Origin: Octopus bimaculoides
Taxonomy: Eukaryota
Assembly: GCF_001194135.2 (NCBI RefSeq)
Contig: NC_068986.1
Location: 52,108,176 to 52,172,175 of the forward strand
Reading direction: 5' to 3'
DNA: 64,000 bases
The position numbers were made by a program, and so were the translations under genes. The notes beneath the pieces are model-generated. The model searched no databases. It saw only the letters and a program-made list of their open reading frames with translations, and had not been told where the DNA came from. Shown here one piece after another: positions 1 through 12,285 of this stretch (position 1 is the stretch's first letter; each line of letters opens with the position of its first letter).

Positions 1-1260
1 ATTCGGATATTAGGTTCCTGGACAATACTTATTTGCTCCGATGATAGACATCGGCGTATATATGTATGTATGATTGTATGTATGCAGGCATCCTTGCATG
101 TATGTACACATGTATGTATGTAAGTGCATATATACATACACACACACACACACACAGAAGCACACACATATATATTATATTTATATATGAACCGTAGTTA
201 CTTCACGTAGGCTACCTGTGTATTTGCAGATAGACTGCGATTTGTCAAAGTAGAGGATACTCTCTCAAAGCACCAGGGGTTAAAACATGTGAAAGTCATG
301 GACAGGTGAGATTACTCACCTCTATTTCCGTTCAGGAGTGATGGACATAGATGTCTTGCCATATATATATATACATGTGTGTGTATGTGGTGGGGAGTAG
401 TTTATACAATGTACTATTATCTCCATGTAAGAGAGAACTCATTACATATTTATACAAATGCACACGATGAATAACTTCGAGATATGTGGTACATGAAACC
501 AGATATGTGGTACATGAAACCAGAATTGTTAGTGCTCTTAAGTTTTTCAGTCTGTTATAGATAGGAATTGATAGTAAAATTGTGGCTAATGTTTAACTTG
601 TGGCTAATGTTTAAATTGTGGCTAATGTTTAACGTTCTCACAGTATATTTGTGCGTATATAAATACATTTACCAATATATCCACATGTCATTAGGAATGT
701 GCACAGACATAGTAAAATAAAAATTACAAATTAATGAACGATATCATATTAGTTATATCACAGTTTCTATGAAATGCTATCTAATATATTTCCCACATTG
801 CTTCTAATTTGATTCTACATAACTAAACGAGACAGTCAATTTTACATTGTTTTATAATATGCTTAATTTTTATATTTATAACGTAAAATAAATAATTAAT
901 TTCAGTTATTTCTGTTTCTTAATGTTTTCTCGACGATCAACAGAACAATGTTTTCTTAATGTTATTAACCATCATAATTATGACTTTTAATTGCGATTTC
1001 AAGAAACTTTTACAAAAGTTGTTCCACCAAAGATGTCTTAAATTCTATAAAACATTTTCATGCAAAAGAATCGTTGGTTGGTATTATTAGCATCACTATC
1101 TTATAAGAAAAACTGTCCTATAATTTCAACTATTATATACTTGGTAATTATATTCAAAGGATGAAATATAAGACGGTAGAAGTTCATGAAGCACTCAAGC
1201 CATCTACTCATGTTACTTAAGCTATCGCTACGCTCACTGTAACATGGATTTCAAATTTTG

Positions 1261-1461
1261 GCACAATGCCAGGAATTTTGGTGGCGGGTCTAAGTCGATT
1301 GCATCAACCTCAGTGCTCGACTGATACTTATTTTATCAACCCTGAAAAGATGAAAAGCAAATTCGACCTTGGCGGAATTTGAACTCTGATTGTAACGATG
1401 GGTGAAATGCCGCTATGCATTTTGCCTGGCGTGCTAACAATTCCGCCAGCTCGCCGCCTTA
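1261..1461 (-). mobile_element. tRNA-derived SINE, family A (most abundant SINE in the window)
   Basis: The reverse complement starts AAGGCGGCGAGCTGGCGGAATTGTTAGCACGCC and contains the B-box-like GAGTTCAAATTCC and the central GCTTTTCATCTTTTCAGGGTTGATAAAATAAGTA block shared with more than 10 other copies. The central block resembles the Meta-type SINE domain as I recall it (unverified). Confidence 0.85.
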
Positions 1462-2937
1462 AAGCTCACTATAATGTTAACCGTTGGACTATTTGCACAA
1501 GAGGTAGAGAGACGATAAATTCGATTGCTGCCGTGTAAAGGGAAGGTGGGGTAATGAAAGCTTTTCTATTATTTATATGTTTATTATCTTTGTCTTAAGG
1601 TATGCGAAAAGTCCAAGGTCTTTGCGGCTTCTTTGAAACTGATGTCATTTGGAATTCGATACCAACAGCAAATACATGTGTACTCCAGGAAGCTGAAGTT
1701 CTGAGTAGTAGTTCGTGTGAGCCCTGAAATGGGGAAGTAATAATATGGCTGGCAAGATTAGAGAGTTGGTTTTGCCTGAATGATAGCATGGAATCGATAG
1801 TATCCCAGACTAAAGTTTGCTTGGCATTTTAATTTCATGCCTTTACATTTTTGGTTGAAATCACGTTAGCTTATTATTTTCTTCTCTTTCTAAAAAACCC
1901 AATTAAGTACCAAATATGTATCAGCGATGATTCAATCGTATATACTATCAACAACATACCTATCTACCAACACTTTTATGACCTTGTTCCAATGTGAGAA
2001 ATCAGTGACATATCTATATCATGATTAAATGTAATCGATCGCTATAATTTCCTAATTCAGAATTTTATTTTCTAAAATTGTATTGATTTCTACATAGTAT
2101 TATATATTATTTCATTCAGAATATTATCAACGGTCTCTTATTCAAATAGATGAAGTGGTTGATCTCTTTGATCAAAGAACTATTTGATCTTGCTGATAAA
2201 ACCATCAACCTACTAGAGTATTCTTCAAACTGGAGCTAATAATGAACATAATTATTCAGTCGGAGAACATATATAAATTATACGCCTTTTAATAAGCTTG
2301 CTATTTCCATTTACTCTATGTTTAGCAACAAAAAAAACAATGAAAATCGCTAAATTCACAACAGGCATGATATAAGCACAAATAGCAGCTTCAATGCGTA
2401 AACAACTTTTCAGCACACGAATCATAATTCTAAATTACAATATATAAATTACCTCTATTTTTGAAAGAATTATATTTTACCTATTTGGATTTGATTTCAC
2501 TTTTGTCTTGGAGTTACTTTGTTTACTTTCTTAATAAGCACGAGTATAAATAAAGTAAGTTATTACAAAACTTCGATTGTTTCTCTAACTGAACATCAGT
2601 AGAATCTCAAATATATGCATATAATTGAAACTCAGCTAATATAAGCATTTCCGACATCCATGCATCACAGCATCCAACAAACACCGTAATTATGAAGTTT
2701 AGAACTGTTTCGAAACCAATCAAAGCTCATCAAATGCTTACAATAAACGATTATATTACTCTATACATCCAACCACTGTGTCTCATGCAACAGAACCTCC
2801 TTATACCGACAGTACAACATCACAAGTATATGCGTGCAGGCGCACACACGAATACATATCAATCCATCCATCCATATGTATCTCTCTCTCTCTATCTATT
2901 TATCTAGCTGGCTAGCAAGCTAGCTAGCAAGCAATTG

Positions 2938-3044
<107 letters not shown>

Positions 3045-3644
3045 AACAAACAAACACACATAACACACACATATAGGTGTACATGCACACGCGTGTCCTA
3101 TACCCTGGTCTTGTGATTTTGAATCCTGCCCTCCAGTTGAAATTTCTTGGAAGTGTCAACCTTTGAAGTATTAAAGAACGTTGTCTGTTTCCAAACGCAT
3201 TGAAGGCAGTGTGAAGACACAATGTTATTATTAGTAATGCTGAATACAACATTGAGAAGTGTTTTGATGTTTTGAGCTTTAGCACTTCTTTAGAAAGTTA
3301 GGCAGTTAAAAATGCTTAGAGGCAGAAAATAAAAAGGTGGTGACGGAGAAAAAAACGTGTTGTTCTGCTTAAGCTCATGTTGATAATAGCGAAGTAGAAG
3401 CACTGGAAGTGGCACAGAAAGTATGAGGCTTTATACGTAAAGAGCAATACGGGAGTTGTGCAAATTATACATTGTACAGGTGCGTATGTATATGAATTTT
3501 TAGTGTTTGTTGTCGACCTAATATATATGTGGACAGGTATGAATGAGTGTATAGTTAAGAATCTTTATGTTAGTGTGTATATGTATATATGTGTGTTATT
3601 ATCAATATGTATATATAGATATGCCGGGCACAATTATTTACAGT

Positions 3645-3776
3645 ATTTTGTCCGTTTTCACGTTCTGCGATCAAATTCTGCCGAGGTTGACTTTGCCTTT
3701 CATCGTTTCGGGGTCGATAAAATAAGTACCCGCCTCGAAATTGGTGGCCTCGTGCCAAGATTTGAAATCATTATTA

Positions 3777-3778
<2 letters not shown>
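3645..3778 (+). mobile_element. 5'-truncated family A SINE
   Basis: GTTGACTTTGCCTTTCATCGTTTCGGGGTCGATAAAATAAGTACC core, ending TTTGAAATCATTATT. Confidence 0.75.
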
Positions 3779-3818
<40 letters not shown>

Positions 3819-5984
3819 CAAAAATGGGACAAGAATGCAAAACATCCAGACAGTTAGGTGAAACAAAAAAGAGACAACAAAATATCCAGACAGACGATAC
3901 AAGGAAAACAAGGACGCTTCATTCGGAGTTTTCTATCCTTAGTCGAGTTCCAGATTATCTTTGCAATTTCGGCTGGTTATACTCGAGATTGCTCCAATCT
4001 GGCCAGCCCCAAAGAAAAATAAAAGCTAAGAACATTACATTCCTTGGAAGAAAGCAACGGATGTATACGAAAACAAGGACAGAAATAAAAAAAACAGAGA
4101 AACGTTACACAAATACAAATAACAGGACATAACAGCAGGTGTCTTTCGAGTAAGGACGAATTAAATTAAGCTGTGTGTGCATGTGTGTGTGTGTGTATGC
4201 ACACATATATCTGTATGTGAATGTGTGTGTGAGTTTTCTTCATTTGTATAAATTTAGAAGAAGACGTATAACTCATCAAAGGAATGCTGTATTTGGAACA
4301 AACTGGTACAAATAATCATTATTTTCAATTTATGCCTGAAAGACCAAAAAGAAATAGATCAGATTCCATATGGTGTACTCAATGAAGTCTAAGGGTACAC
4401 CAGCAACACTATGGAATCACAGGCAGGCCGAAAGAAATCTTCGTATGAACCACGTGGACAGTATTATTTAGGAATGAGTCCTCCCAGAATTAAATTCTTT
4501 CAAATACCTGGAAAGCTTTTAGATGTAGTTTATAATATCGGTCACTGGGTAAGAATTTACTTAGCTAAAAATGTAAATTATAATCAGGATAAACAAGGCT
4601 TGGGAAAATTTCAAAGTGTTGTTACTTCTGCTAGCAAGAAGGCGATTATCTCTTTCTGAGAGAGGCGGATTCGTGACGTGTGTGTAGAAAGATCAATATT
4701 GTTTGATTGTTACATATGCATATTGAATAATATCGAATGCTCTGGTTGGAAATAAGTGAAGCAAGTAAATTGTACTGGATATGTAATGTTAGTATGCATG
4801 ACCGATGAGGCATAAATGACTTGAGAGAAAAACTCCATCCAGAGGAATTGTGTGTCGTGTGTAAAGAAGGTAATTTAGTTGATCATCATCATATCTTACT
4901 CAATGGTATATACATGAATATGTTCATGCGCGCGCGTGTGTCCGTGCGCGTGCATGTGTGTGAGATCGTGTGTTTTTATGTATGCGTGTGTATGTGTCTG
5001 TGTATCCTTTTCATTATGCTATTCTACGCTAGCACGTTTTCGATGGGTCTTGTAAAGCACGGCATCTCGCAACATATTGCGGGTAATTGGTTCACTCGTG
5101 ACGTTAGGCCTCCTCGGGGGAATGAGCTTGTGCAACTGGAAGAAACTACAAAACAGAAAGACGGAAGAAGATATGGAAGTATCTGAAGTGTCAGGTTGGG
5201 CCTGGATTAATAATGCTACTTATAACCACTTCAATTCCTCTTATAAAGTTGTACGGCACGGAGGAAATTACAATGAATTGCATTCAGTGGCGCAGCACTG
5301 CTAGATAAGTCCCATTTAGCCTGCACCTACAAGGAATAACAGTCGTAAAGTAATGATAATCATGCACACGCGCATGCATGCACACACGCGCGTGTCATAA
5401 TGTATAGGATATTTATGGTCAGCTAACGGTGAAGCTCAGTAGACTGTCAGTTTTCAGAGAATAACTATACCGTGTTTTGAATGCATCTGCAATGCATATT
5501 ACTAAAATAATTCGAGAATATAAAACATAATTTTAATGCTAGCTTTAAATGAGATTTTTGTTCTTCAATAGGGAGGAAAAAAATTAAAGAAACGAGTGAA
5601 AAGATTTTATATTGGGGTGTGTTTCACAGGAATTTCAGAAGACTGACGTCACGGTTGGCGTTTAATCATCTGGGGGCGCCAGAGGAAAAAGTAGCTTAAT
5701 CTTGACCCTACCGCATTCATGTTTGTACATTAGTGCTGTGAATATACTGAAATCCGTGTTCTTTATTTTATTTGGCATAATTTGTATGCCAAACTTACAG
5801 TTTAAATCGATTTTTTTTCTGAATCTATAGTAAAAACCGGGACGTTTTTTTTTTTATGAATATATTCTGCTATGTTAAAACTGTTACAGGGCTTCATATT
5901 TTAAATTTATACTGCTATTATTACGCAACACATTTATAGTTTAGATTTTCAGCAAAACAATTTTCAATTTTTATTATTTTGCTT

Positions 5985-6180
5985 TAGCGGTAGCGAGCCA
6001 GCAGAATCGTTAGCACTCCGAAAAAATCCTTACGTCTTTCCTTCTGAGATCAAATGCCGCCGTGGTGGACTTTGCCTTTCATCCTCCCGGGGTTGATAAA
6101 AGAAGTACTAGCCGAGCAATAGGGTCGATGTAATCGACTAACATCCTACTGCAAACTTTCAGGCCCAGTGCCTATGGGAT
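5985..6180 (+). mobile_element. Decayed family A SINE
   Basis: GCAGAATCGTTAGCAC head, GACTTTGCCTTTCATCC core and GGGTCGATGTAATCGACT block. Confidence 0.8.
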
Positions 6181-7557
6181 TATTTTGCTTCGGCTTCTCA
6201 CATTCGGCCGCTGATCCTGTACCTAGCCAACACTGTGTGTTAGTTCAACATGTTACAAATATTAGTCAAATTTCTCTACCAACTAAAAAATGTACATTTG
6301 TAAAACGAACCCCCCGAATATTCACAAAAATCAACAAAAAATCAACTCCCTCGAATATGCACGAAAAGAAAAAGAAAGCAACATAGAAACGAAACAGTCA
6401 CAACTGAACTGTCTCTGAATCTAGGCTGCCTCATCACCATTAAAATGTGACACGACATGTCTGGAGTCGTTCATCATACCAAAAGTTATTTCAATAAATC
6501 TCAAACAGTCACCAATTCTTTCCCACTGCTTTTCTTGTTATTAATTTTTTTCCCACAAATATGGAATGAAAACAAAAAAAAACAAATGATTGAAATAACT
6601 TACAGTAAATCACTTACCTTATCACTCACCATTTTTTTTTATATCTTACATATTTACAGGTAAGATCGAATATTAAGTGAAATATTTTAAAGCATCTATG
6701 AAATGGTGGAAAATCTTAAAAGTTTCGAATACGAATGCACTTTGATTTAATGTAAATTATACATACATGAACTTGGTGGTGGTGGTGGTGGTGGCGGCGG
6801 CGGCACTAAGAAGTACACTTTGGAAACAAGTTTTATTTGCATGTAAAAAAAAAGGTTATAGACGAAAATGGAATCAAACTATCAAAAATGTATGAAAAAA
6901 CAAATAAAACATAAACATAAATCACAATTAAGAGGAAAGCAAGCTAAACTTGTTATAACTTAGCTTAAATATTTTCGAAATAGGCAACACACAATGTATA
7001 CGATGCACAATAAAGAAACCGATACAACGAAAGAAGCTAGTTTTGCGAAATTAAAGAAATATTCCTATACTAAACACCCATACACTGATGGCAAATTTCA
7101 CTTCAGAAATTATAGCTGAAGTTCTTAATGTTGAAATTTTTAAAGTCAAAGCACCGAAAGATCGCTATCCATGAATACCTGATAGAACTAATTGTTTCAG
7201 GCTCAACAATATATCGACTAGATTTTCAACGACTCACAACCAACACAGAGAGCCACCAGATCTATTGAAGCAGTAAATAACAACATTAATAGCCAAATAA
7301 ATGTAGCATTATCTGTCTTACATGAGATTTTATGGTGACACCAAATGACATGGCAGAATCTGATTAAAATACCTCTAAAATTTTCTTTCATTTTTTTGGT
7401 TTTGTTAATTTTTTCTCCATGTTCTTATCATATCACAAATAAGCGGCATCAAACATTTCGTATTTTTGCTCTTCTAATATATTTTTACCAGTTTAATTTT
7501 ATGCTACTCAAACGCATATTTTTTAATACTTACACCTCCTTATATTCTGAGCATTTA

Positions 7558-8325
7558 TTAGGTTGGCAAGAAAGTAATTTCGATTTTTTAGTGTGAAATA
7601 AAAGTCATTGAAATAAAAGTCAACGAACTTTAATCAATTATATATTTTCCATTTTGTTCGATAACATATTACCATCTTTCTGGCAACTTCATGATTCTGC
7701 ACTTATAGAACTCCTGGTCCTTATCAGCCAAAAACTGAAGCAAGTGCGATTTCAGATCACCATCATTATTGAAAGTTTTACCATTCAAGGAATTTTGAAA
7801 ACTTCGAAATAGATGGCACTTTGATGGCGAAAGGTCAGGTGTATATGGTGGATGTGACATCACTTCCCAATCAAGCTCCAATAATTTTTCGCGAGTTAAC
7901 AAAGACGTGTGTGGTCTAGCGTTGTCATGGTGGAGCACGATTCCTTTACGATTTACCAATTCTAACCGTTTTTCTTCGATTGCTTCCTCCAGTTTCATTA
8001 GTTATTCACAGTAAACATCTGAATTGATCGTTTGGTTTCTTGGAAGCAGCTCAAAATATACAACACCTTTGTGATCCCACCCAACTGAGAGCATGATCTT
8101 TTTTGATGCAATTCAGATTTCGATGTGGTTTGTGCTGGTTCAGCACGCCTAGACCATGATCATTTTCGATTGATGTTATTGTATAGAGTCCATTTTTTCA
8201 TCACCAGTGATGATTCGTTTGAAAAAAGGTCGATTGCATTGGGTTTGAGATGCATATCGCAAATATTCATTCGTTGTGTTAAGTGAATATCTTTCAATTT
8301 ATGTGGAATCCTAATATCGAGTTCA
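7558..8325 (-). mobile_element. Mariner (DD34D) DNA transposon, 3' two-thirds, inactivated
   Basis: Translation gives KLDIRIPHKL (WVPHEL-like), IITGDEK (D1), HHDNARPH (D2) and YTPDLSPSKCHLF (third D lost), with stops and frameshifts. A TIR TTAGGTTGGCAAGAAAGTAATTTCGATTTT at 7558-7587 is preceded by TA and resembles cecropia-subfamily TIRs. Confidence 0.93.
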
Positions 8326-8412
8326 AGAACTCAACACGCAGCCCGGTCCGGGATTCGAACTCACACCCTCACAATTGTAAGCTCGACGCTCAAACCACTG
8401 AGTCATGCGACT
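8322..8412 (-). mobile_element. tRNA-derived SINE head abutting the mariner fragment
   Basis: GTCGCATGACTCAGTGGTTTGAGC (A box) ... GAGTTCGAATCCC (B box), followed by GCTGCGTGTTGAGTTCTTG SINE body rather than a tRNA 3' end. Confidence 0.75.
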
Positions 8413-8449
8413 TCACACAAACACACACACACACACGCACGCACACACT

Positions 8450-8493
<44 letters not shown>

Positions 8494-9255
8494 NNNNNNN
8501 NNNNNNNNNNNNNNNNNNNNNNNNNNNNNNNNNNNNNNNNNNNNNNNNNNNNNNNNNNNNNNNNNNNNNNNNNNNNNNNNNNNNNNNNNNNNNNNNNNNN
8601 NNNNNNNNNNNNNNNNNNNNNNNNNNNNNNNNNNNNNNNNNNNNNNNNNNNNNNNNNNNNNNNNNNNNNNNNNNNNNNNNNNNNNNNNNNNNNNNNNNNN
8701 NNNNNNNNNNNNNNNNNNNNNNNNNNNNNNNNNNNNNNNNNNNNNNNNNNNNNNNNNNNNNNNNNNNNNNNNNNNNNNNNNNNNNNNNNNNNNNNNNNNN
8801 NNNNNNNNNNNNNNNNNNNNNNNNNNNNNNNNNNNNNNNNNNNNNNNNNNNNNNNNNNNNNNNNNNNNNNNNNNNNNNNNNNNNNNNNNNNNNNNNNNNN
8901 NNNNNNNNNNNNNNNNNNNNNNNNNNNNNNNNNNNNNNNNNNNNNNNNNNNNNNNNNNNNNNNNNNNNNNNNNNNNNNNNNNNNNNNNNNNNNNNNNNNN
9001 NNNNNNNNNNNNNNNNNNNNNNNNNNNNNNNNNNNNNNNNNNNNNNNNNNNNNNNNNNNNNNNNNNNNNNNNNNNNNNNNNNNNNNNNNNNNNNNNNNNN
9101 NNNNNNNNNNNNNNNNNNNNNNNNNNNNNNNNNNNNNNNNNNNNNNNNNNNNNNNNNNNNNNNNNNNNNNNNNNNNNNNNNNNNNNNNNNNNNNNNNNNN
9201 NNTATATATAAGACCCATGACGCAATCCTATATATTAATAAAACTTGCTTATTAT

Positions 9256-9331
9256 CCTACGCGCATTTCGATGCAAGATCCCGACTCACTCTTGTCTGAG
9301 ATAAGAAATTAGGACCTTCCATCTCTTCAGG
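9256..9331 (-). ncRNA. Minimal type I hammerhead ribozyme (predicted), left arm
   Basis: The reverse complement reads TC-CTGAAGA-GATG.AAGGTCC...GGATCTT.CATC-GAAA-T-GCGC-G-T-A-GG: intact core, GUA triplet and GCGC palindromic stem III. Confidence 0.7.
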
Positions 9332-9518
9332 ACCAAGTTACATGAATTCATAACAGACAACATTATTATTTGTCTGCAATATCAAACAACTAATTCGGTA
9401 AACACATTCGTTTATCAACAGAATGTGGTGGAAAACATTTTTCTTTGATAAGAATGATCAGACAGTAGACATTGCAGACAAATAATAATGTTGTCTGTTG
9501 TGAATTAATGTAACTTGG

Positions 9519-9595
9519 CCCTGAAGAGATGGAAGGCCTTAATTTCTTATCTCAGACAAGAGTGAGTCGGGATCTTGCATCGAAATGTGCATAGG
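9519..9595 (+). ncRNA. Minimal type I hammerhead ribozyme (predicted), right arm
   Basis: CC-CTGAAGA(9521-9527)-GATG...CATC-GAAA(9582-9585)-TG-TG-CA-T-A(9593)-GG. The conserved core, G10.1:C11.1, A15.1:U16.1 and an AUA cleavage triplet are all present. Stem II extends as GATG.AAGG / TCTT.CATC, stem III is near-palindromic and stem I is short. Confidence 0.72.
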
Positions 9596-9805
9596 ATAAT
9601 AATCGAGTTTTATTATTATATAGGATTGCGTCATGGCTCTTATTTCAATTAATATGCACCCAAAATTGTATCACCTATACGAAAGTCCTTATATTTAAAC
9701 AAAGTATAAACAACTTTGCTAGTTTGGTAACAGTTACAATACTTATTTTACCTAAATATTTGGTAGACATTTAAATACACAGACACACAGACACACACAA
9801 ACACA

Positions 9806-9848
<43 letters not shown>

Positions 9849-9920
9849 ACACACACACACACATATATATATTTGTATACGTGCATATATAGTTAAATGT
9901 TTACGTGTACGAAACGTACT

Positions 9921-10343
9921 AAGGCGGCGAGCTGGCAGAAATGTTAGCACGCCGGACGAAATGCTTACCGGTATTTCGTCTGCCGTTACGTTCTGAGTTC
10001 AAATTCTGCTGCGGTCGACTTTGCCTTTTATCCTTTCGGGGTCGATAAATTAAGTACCAGTTACGCACTGGAGTCCATGTAATCGACTTAATCCCTTTTT
10101 CGTCCCCTCTATGTTTAGCCCTTTGTGGGCAATAAAGAAATAAGAAACGTTAGCACCCGAGCGAAATGCTTAGCAGTATTTCGTCTGTTTTATGTTCTGA
10201 TTTCAAATTCCGCCGAAAGTCGACTTTGCCTTTCATCCCTTCGAGATTGATAAATTAAGTATCATTTGCGTACTGGGATCGATCTAATCGACTGGCCCCC
10301 CTCTCCCAAAATTTCGGGCCTTGTGCCTAGAATAGAAAAGAAT
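9921..10343 (+). mobile_element. Dimeric/nested SINE (family B body plus family A body)
   Basis: The first unit ends GCCCTTTGTGGGCAATAAAGAAATAAG and runs directly into AAACGTTAGCAC of a second unit ending GGGCCTTGTGCCTAGAATAGAAAAGAAT. Confidence 0.88.
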
Positions 10344-11000
10344 ATACCTACCTAGTAGAAAACACTTCTTTCTTTCACTTGTCTACCTCAAGAACTCTGT
10401 GACTCATGTTTTCTCTCTTTCAATTCCTGATGTCACATTTTCTCTTTCTCTCTTTCATTCTCTTTCTTTTGCTATTACTCAAAGAAAGTTTTGAGACAAG
10501 AATATTAACACACGTCTGTCATTATTACTCATAAAGTAATACTACTTGAAGTAGCTGACCCTCTCTCTTTTTGGATTATATTCTAAATTTTCCTTCCAAT
10601 CACTCCATTTGTGTCTCATCCTCTTATCCTCGCAATCTTTCGTGAACTTTTTATCACTGTCTTCTCTAGGAAGAGTTACTTCTATAGTTTAACCCAAATG
10701 TTTGCAGACAATCGATTTAAACATCTCCACAGAACAATATCGCACTTATGGTACATAAAAAATCGATATCAGTTGAGTAAAAATAAGTATAAGATGAAAG
10801 AGATGAAGAAAAAATTAATAGCACGAAACATACGTCCCAAAATCATCTTCAAGCATATTACCACATAGATAATATATGCACACATACACTCACATATACA
10901 TACATATATTAATATATATACACATAAAGACACACGGACACGCACGTGCACTGACGCCCATACGTGCACGCACTTAGACACACATACACATATATGCGTG

Positions 11001-11063
<63 letters not shown>

Positions 11064-11991
11064 ATACACACATACATATATACATACATACATGAAAACA
11101 TACAGATATATGGATATGTACAAGCACGCACACATTACACATTTGAGTGTGAAATTTTAACAAGTTGTTGCCGATTAGTGAATGATGTGAAGTCGAGAAG
11201 CAGTGTAGCAATATATATACACAAAAATATGCATAATCGTATCAAAATATAATTATTTATGAAAATTTCATGAGTTGCAGAGAAAACATGTAAAATGATT
11301 CTGGAACTTTCAGCTTCTTATAAAATATTCTTTATGTATAGTGTAATTCTTCTCTATAAACATAGATTTTTCACACATCCAAATATTATTCTATAAGTTG
11401 TTCAGATCTCTCGACAAACAAAAGGTATCAAGCGAAGCACAAAACTCTAATCTTTTCTGTAATAATATTCTGATATCGATCAGAAGGAATTACATTAAAT
11501 GTCTTACCGGGAAAAAAAAAAAACGAAGAGGAAATGCATAGTTTGAGATAAAGGGCATGTTTAGCATTTATTAAAAAAACAAAAAAAATATTTGGATTCA
11601 GATTTCGAAAATGTTCCTCCAAGGAGCGATGCACTCGAAACGTTCACATCAGATCTTCTTAATATGATATTCTTCAAAATGAATCGTGCTAGAATTATCG
11701 AGGTATATTACACAAAGGAGCTACGAACTCTAAATGTTCCCAGCACATTCATATTTCTATGGTTAAAACTAAAAATATACCTGAAAGTCACAACCGGACA
11801 TGTCATAAACATCTTTACAGCAATATCACAAATATCTAAATAGGAAACTAAATTCTGCTACTTAATACGCCATTAATTTAGAAGTAAACGACGTAACTAC
11901 TGTTTTAGAGACTTAAGCATTACTTGAAATTGTGGTTGGCAGTGTCAATAAAAATATTTTAGATATCACCATATTTAATACTAAACAGGTC

Positions 11992-12285
11992 GAAGGTGGC
12001 GAACTGGCAGAATTGTTGACACGCCGGATAAGTTACTCAGCAGTATAGAGTTAACTTCTCAATTCAAATCCTACTGCGGTCGACCTTAAAGGCGGCGAGC
12101 TGTAAGAATCGTTAGCACACCAGGGAAAACGCTTAGTTGAAATTCTGCTGAGGTCAGCTTTGCCGTTCATCCTTTAGCCGATGAAATAAAATAAGAACCA
12201 GTTGAGCACTGGTTGGTGCAATATAATCGACTAACCTCACCTCCCGAAATTGCTGGCCATATCTCAGAATTTGAAGCCAATACTA
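11992..12285 (+). mobile_element. Two adjacent decayed family A SINEs
   Basis: Two heads (AAGGTGGCGAACTGGCAGAA and AAAGGCGGCGAGCTGTAAGAATCGTTAGCAC) and one core/tail. Confidence 0.75.

Larger units (their letters stand above)
9209..9642. mobile_element. Foldback element with ~170-bp inverted arms (9210-9380 / 9471-9641), probably Penelope-like pLTR-derived
   Basis: The arms align by eye with about 11 mismatches in about 171 bp around a ~90-bp spacer. Each arm contains a hammerhead motif. Confidence 0.9.

Noticed and set aside
480-633. Short tandem repeats (21 bp x2 and 18 bp x3) as a CRISPR-like array
   Set aside because: No spacers and a eukaryotic context; these are simple slippage duplications, as at 17578-17627 and 20212-20240.
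1595-1789. 64-aa ORF with a strong minus-strand acceptor at 1724
   Set aside because: No frame gives a recognisable protein and there is no convincing donor.
5644-5651. CRE palindrome TGACGTCA in a slightly GC-richer patch (possible promoter)
   Set aside because: A single 8-mer is expected by chance in 64 kb and no linked gene is evident.
8340-8412. tRNA gene
   Set aside because: A and B boxes are present, but the stems pair poorly and the sequence continues into a SINE body.
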